DNA of 64,000 nt from contig OZ038378.1 in assembly GCA_964036045.1 (NCBI GenBank), positions 16,864,001 through 16,928,000 on the forward strand. Direction: 5' to 3'. Shown in pieces: positions 62,052 through 64,000 of this stretch. The stretch is from Eutreptiella sp. 'Long Island Sound 2002'. Lineage: Eukaryota; Protista; Euglenida. Position 1 is the stretch's first letter. Each line of letters begins with the position of its first letter. A program made the position numbers and the translations under genes. The notes beneath the pieces were generated by a model. The model was not told the origin of the DNA. It saw only the letters and a list, made by a program, of their open reading frames with translations, and made no database searches.

Positions 62052-63696
62052 GCTGCAGTGCGGGGTCTGCGCCGAGGGCTATTTGGAGCCACTGTGCCGG
62101 GCCCGGGGGATCGCTATCTCTCGAGGGCCCCAGGTTGCCGTTCTGGGCAACACCGGGACGGCGCTGGTCCAGGACGAGACCTACCGGCTGCTGTACCTTG
62201 GAGGTGATCCCCTCGTCGTGTTCGACGCTGACGATGGGAAGCTGTTGTACAAAAAAGTGTTGCCGACCGCTGGTACATTGCGTGCCGGGCACGCCCATGG
62301 AAACGTGACGGTGCTGCTGTTGCAGACGGGCGCTGGGCGCTTTTCTGTGGTGAGTTTTCCGCGCGCGCATGTGGATCCCGGCGGCATTCATGAGGTTCCC
62401 TTCCCGCCCATGTCCCCGGCTGAGGGCAAGCGCCGCACGCCAGCACCGCTGCAGTACGCCCTGACGCGCGCGCGGCTCGTGGCTGTGAATGATGTCCAGT
62501 ACGCTGTGCTTTTTAGCGAATCTCGCCTCACGGTGGCGACCGTGACAGCAGAAGCGGGGCTACGGCAACCTCAGGAGCTCTCTGCGGCCGAACTGGGCCT
62601 GGACACCATTCGCGACCTCGTGCTGTGCTGCCCCGATGACACCGAGGTAAGCGGGGCGCCGAGCTGCACGGCACCGACCGTGCTACTTGCCGGAGCGCGA
62701 GGCAGCACGTGGGAGGTCGTGGCAGTGTCGCTGCCGCCCGCGGGCCATGCGCTGCGGCTATCGGAGGCCCTGCAGCCTGGGCCCCTGTCCCAGTGCATCG
62801 GGTGCGCAGCTGCGGGGCTTGCGGCCGGTGCGCAGGCCCTGTACGTGGCTGTGGAGCAGGGCTCGAGACTGTGGGTCACCGCCGTCGACGTCACGGCGTG
62901 GCGTGCGGGCGGCACGGCGCGCGCGGGCGAAGCACCGGCGGAGGTCCTGCCGGGGGGCGTCGCCACCGCCATGGCCTTTGATGCGGTAACGTCGGTGGTC
63001 TACCTCGCGGTGGTCGTGCTGGGGGCCCCCAGCACCATCCACAAGCTCAAGGCGTCCTCCCTCCTCCCATACGGGGCCCTGCCGCTGCGCACCAGCGATC
63101 AGGGCCCGGAGGAGGTCCGGGCCCTCGTGCCCGCGCCCCGGCTGCGGCGCCTCTACGCGCTCACGGCGGCGGGCCCGCAGCCGGGGGTCGCGACCCTGCT
63201 GCTGTTTGCGGTGCGGTCCATCGCGCCCGATGTGGCGGACGTCATGGGGGGCACTGTCATCGGCGTCGAGGGCGAGGGATTTCCGGACGAGGCGCGTTGC
63301 CGATTCGCCGGGTCGCCCGCGGCCACGACGCGCGTGAGCCCGCGGCTGCTGCTGTGTGCTGCGCCGCCGGCGAGTGGCGGCGCTGGAGTCCGTGAGGGCG
63401 TGGAGGTCATGGTCGCGGGGGAGGCCGCGCTGACGACGCATAACCGCGTGGCGCTGCTGCGCATTGCGCGGCCGCAGGTGACCGGCCTCCGACCCGATCG
63501 GGGCCTCCACACGACGCCCCAGACGGTGCGTGTGTCCGGCTACGGTTTCATGAACTCCTCGTTTCTGATGTGCCGTTTTGGGCCGAACGTCACAGTGCCC
63601 GCGACGTTCTGGAGCACCACGGAGGTGTTCTGCGGGCAGCCGAAAATGAGCCATTTGGAGCCCCCTGTTTACGTGGAGGTGTCGCTAGACGGGCAG
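62052..63696 (+). CDS. Large surface protein gene, exon 6 (EGF end, probable beta-propeller, two IPT/TIG domains); gene continues
   Basis: 548 open codons with GC-rich coding bias. SIAPDVADVMGGTVIGVEGEGF...CRF and VTGLRPDRG...VRVSGYGF...CRFG...VEVSLDGQ are IPT/TIG-type. Phase-2 acceptor GTCGCAG matches exon 5; donor GTGTGC. Confidence 0.92.
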
Positions 63697-64000
63697 GTGT
63701 GCGGGCGTTCTGTGCGGTCTGTGGAGCTCCTTGTCTGACCCATAAGAGCACAGATGGTACTGCACAGAGTGCCAGACCAGCTGAGGGCGTCCTGGTGGAT
63801 GGAAGGTCCTGGGGCATGCCGAGCACTTCCCTGCCCTCAGGAGCACTTGAGGAAGCGCGGCCCCCTGGTGAGCCTGCTGCTCCTTGGCCACCTCAGATGA
63901 GACGGGACCCTGAGGGCCACACCGCTCGCCAAACCCTCCTGAAGGGGGGGGGGGGGGCGCTGGCCTTCGGGACTGAGGGTCGGATCGGCCCCAACTACTT

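Noticed and set aside
60536-62092. Many overlapping Cys/Val- or Thr/Gln/His/Asn-rich ORFs
   Set aside because: Translations of a stop-free pentanucleotide satellite inside an intron.

Overview
Eukaryotic, intron-rich and repeat-rich nuclear DNA. A euglenid-like protist is inferred from the long GT-AG introns, the LRR family and the repeat landscape; this is not proven. Phase-consistent manual exon joining gives four multi-exon genes. (1) A minus-strand SAM-domain plus caspase-like (peptidase C14) protease, about 1.4-12.7 kb. (2) A plus-strand RanBP2-like Zn finger / Lys-His-rich / SP-RING (MIZ) protein, 19.1-21.0 kb. (3) A plus-strand TBL/PC-esterase-type SGNH acyltransferase/esterase, 25.0-29.5 kb. 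(4) A gene of more than 26 kb (37.4 kb to beyond 63.7 kb) for a secreted or surface protein with a bacterial-type lamin-tail-like domain, EGF repeats, a probable beta-propeller and IPT/TIG domains. The introns of gene 4 hold an open Penelope-like RT ORF with a non-canonical QFRDN motif C and a downstream hammerhead-like motif, a 7.7-kb foldback satellite interrupted by a TIR element carrying a Tudor-like mini-ORF, LINE remnants, and large complementary pentanucleotide arrays. MITEs, a tRNA-derived SINE head, an LRR fragment and other decayed LINE pieces lie elsewhere. No rRNA, intact tRNA or CRISPR array was found. All calls are by eye; no database searches were run.
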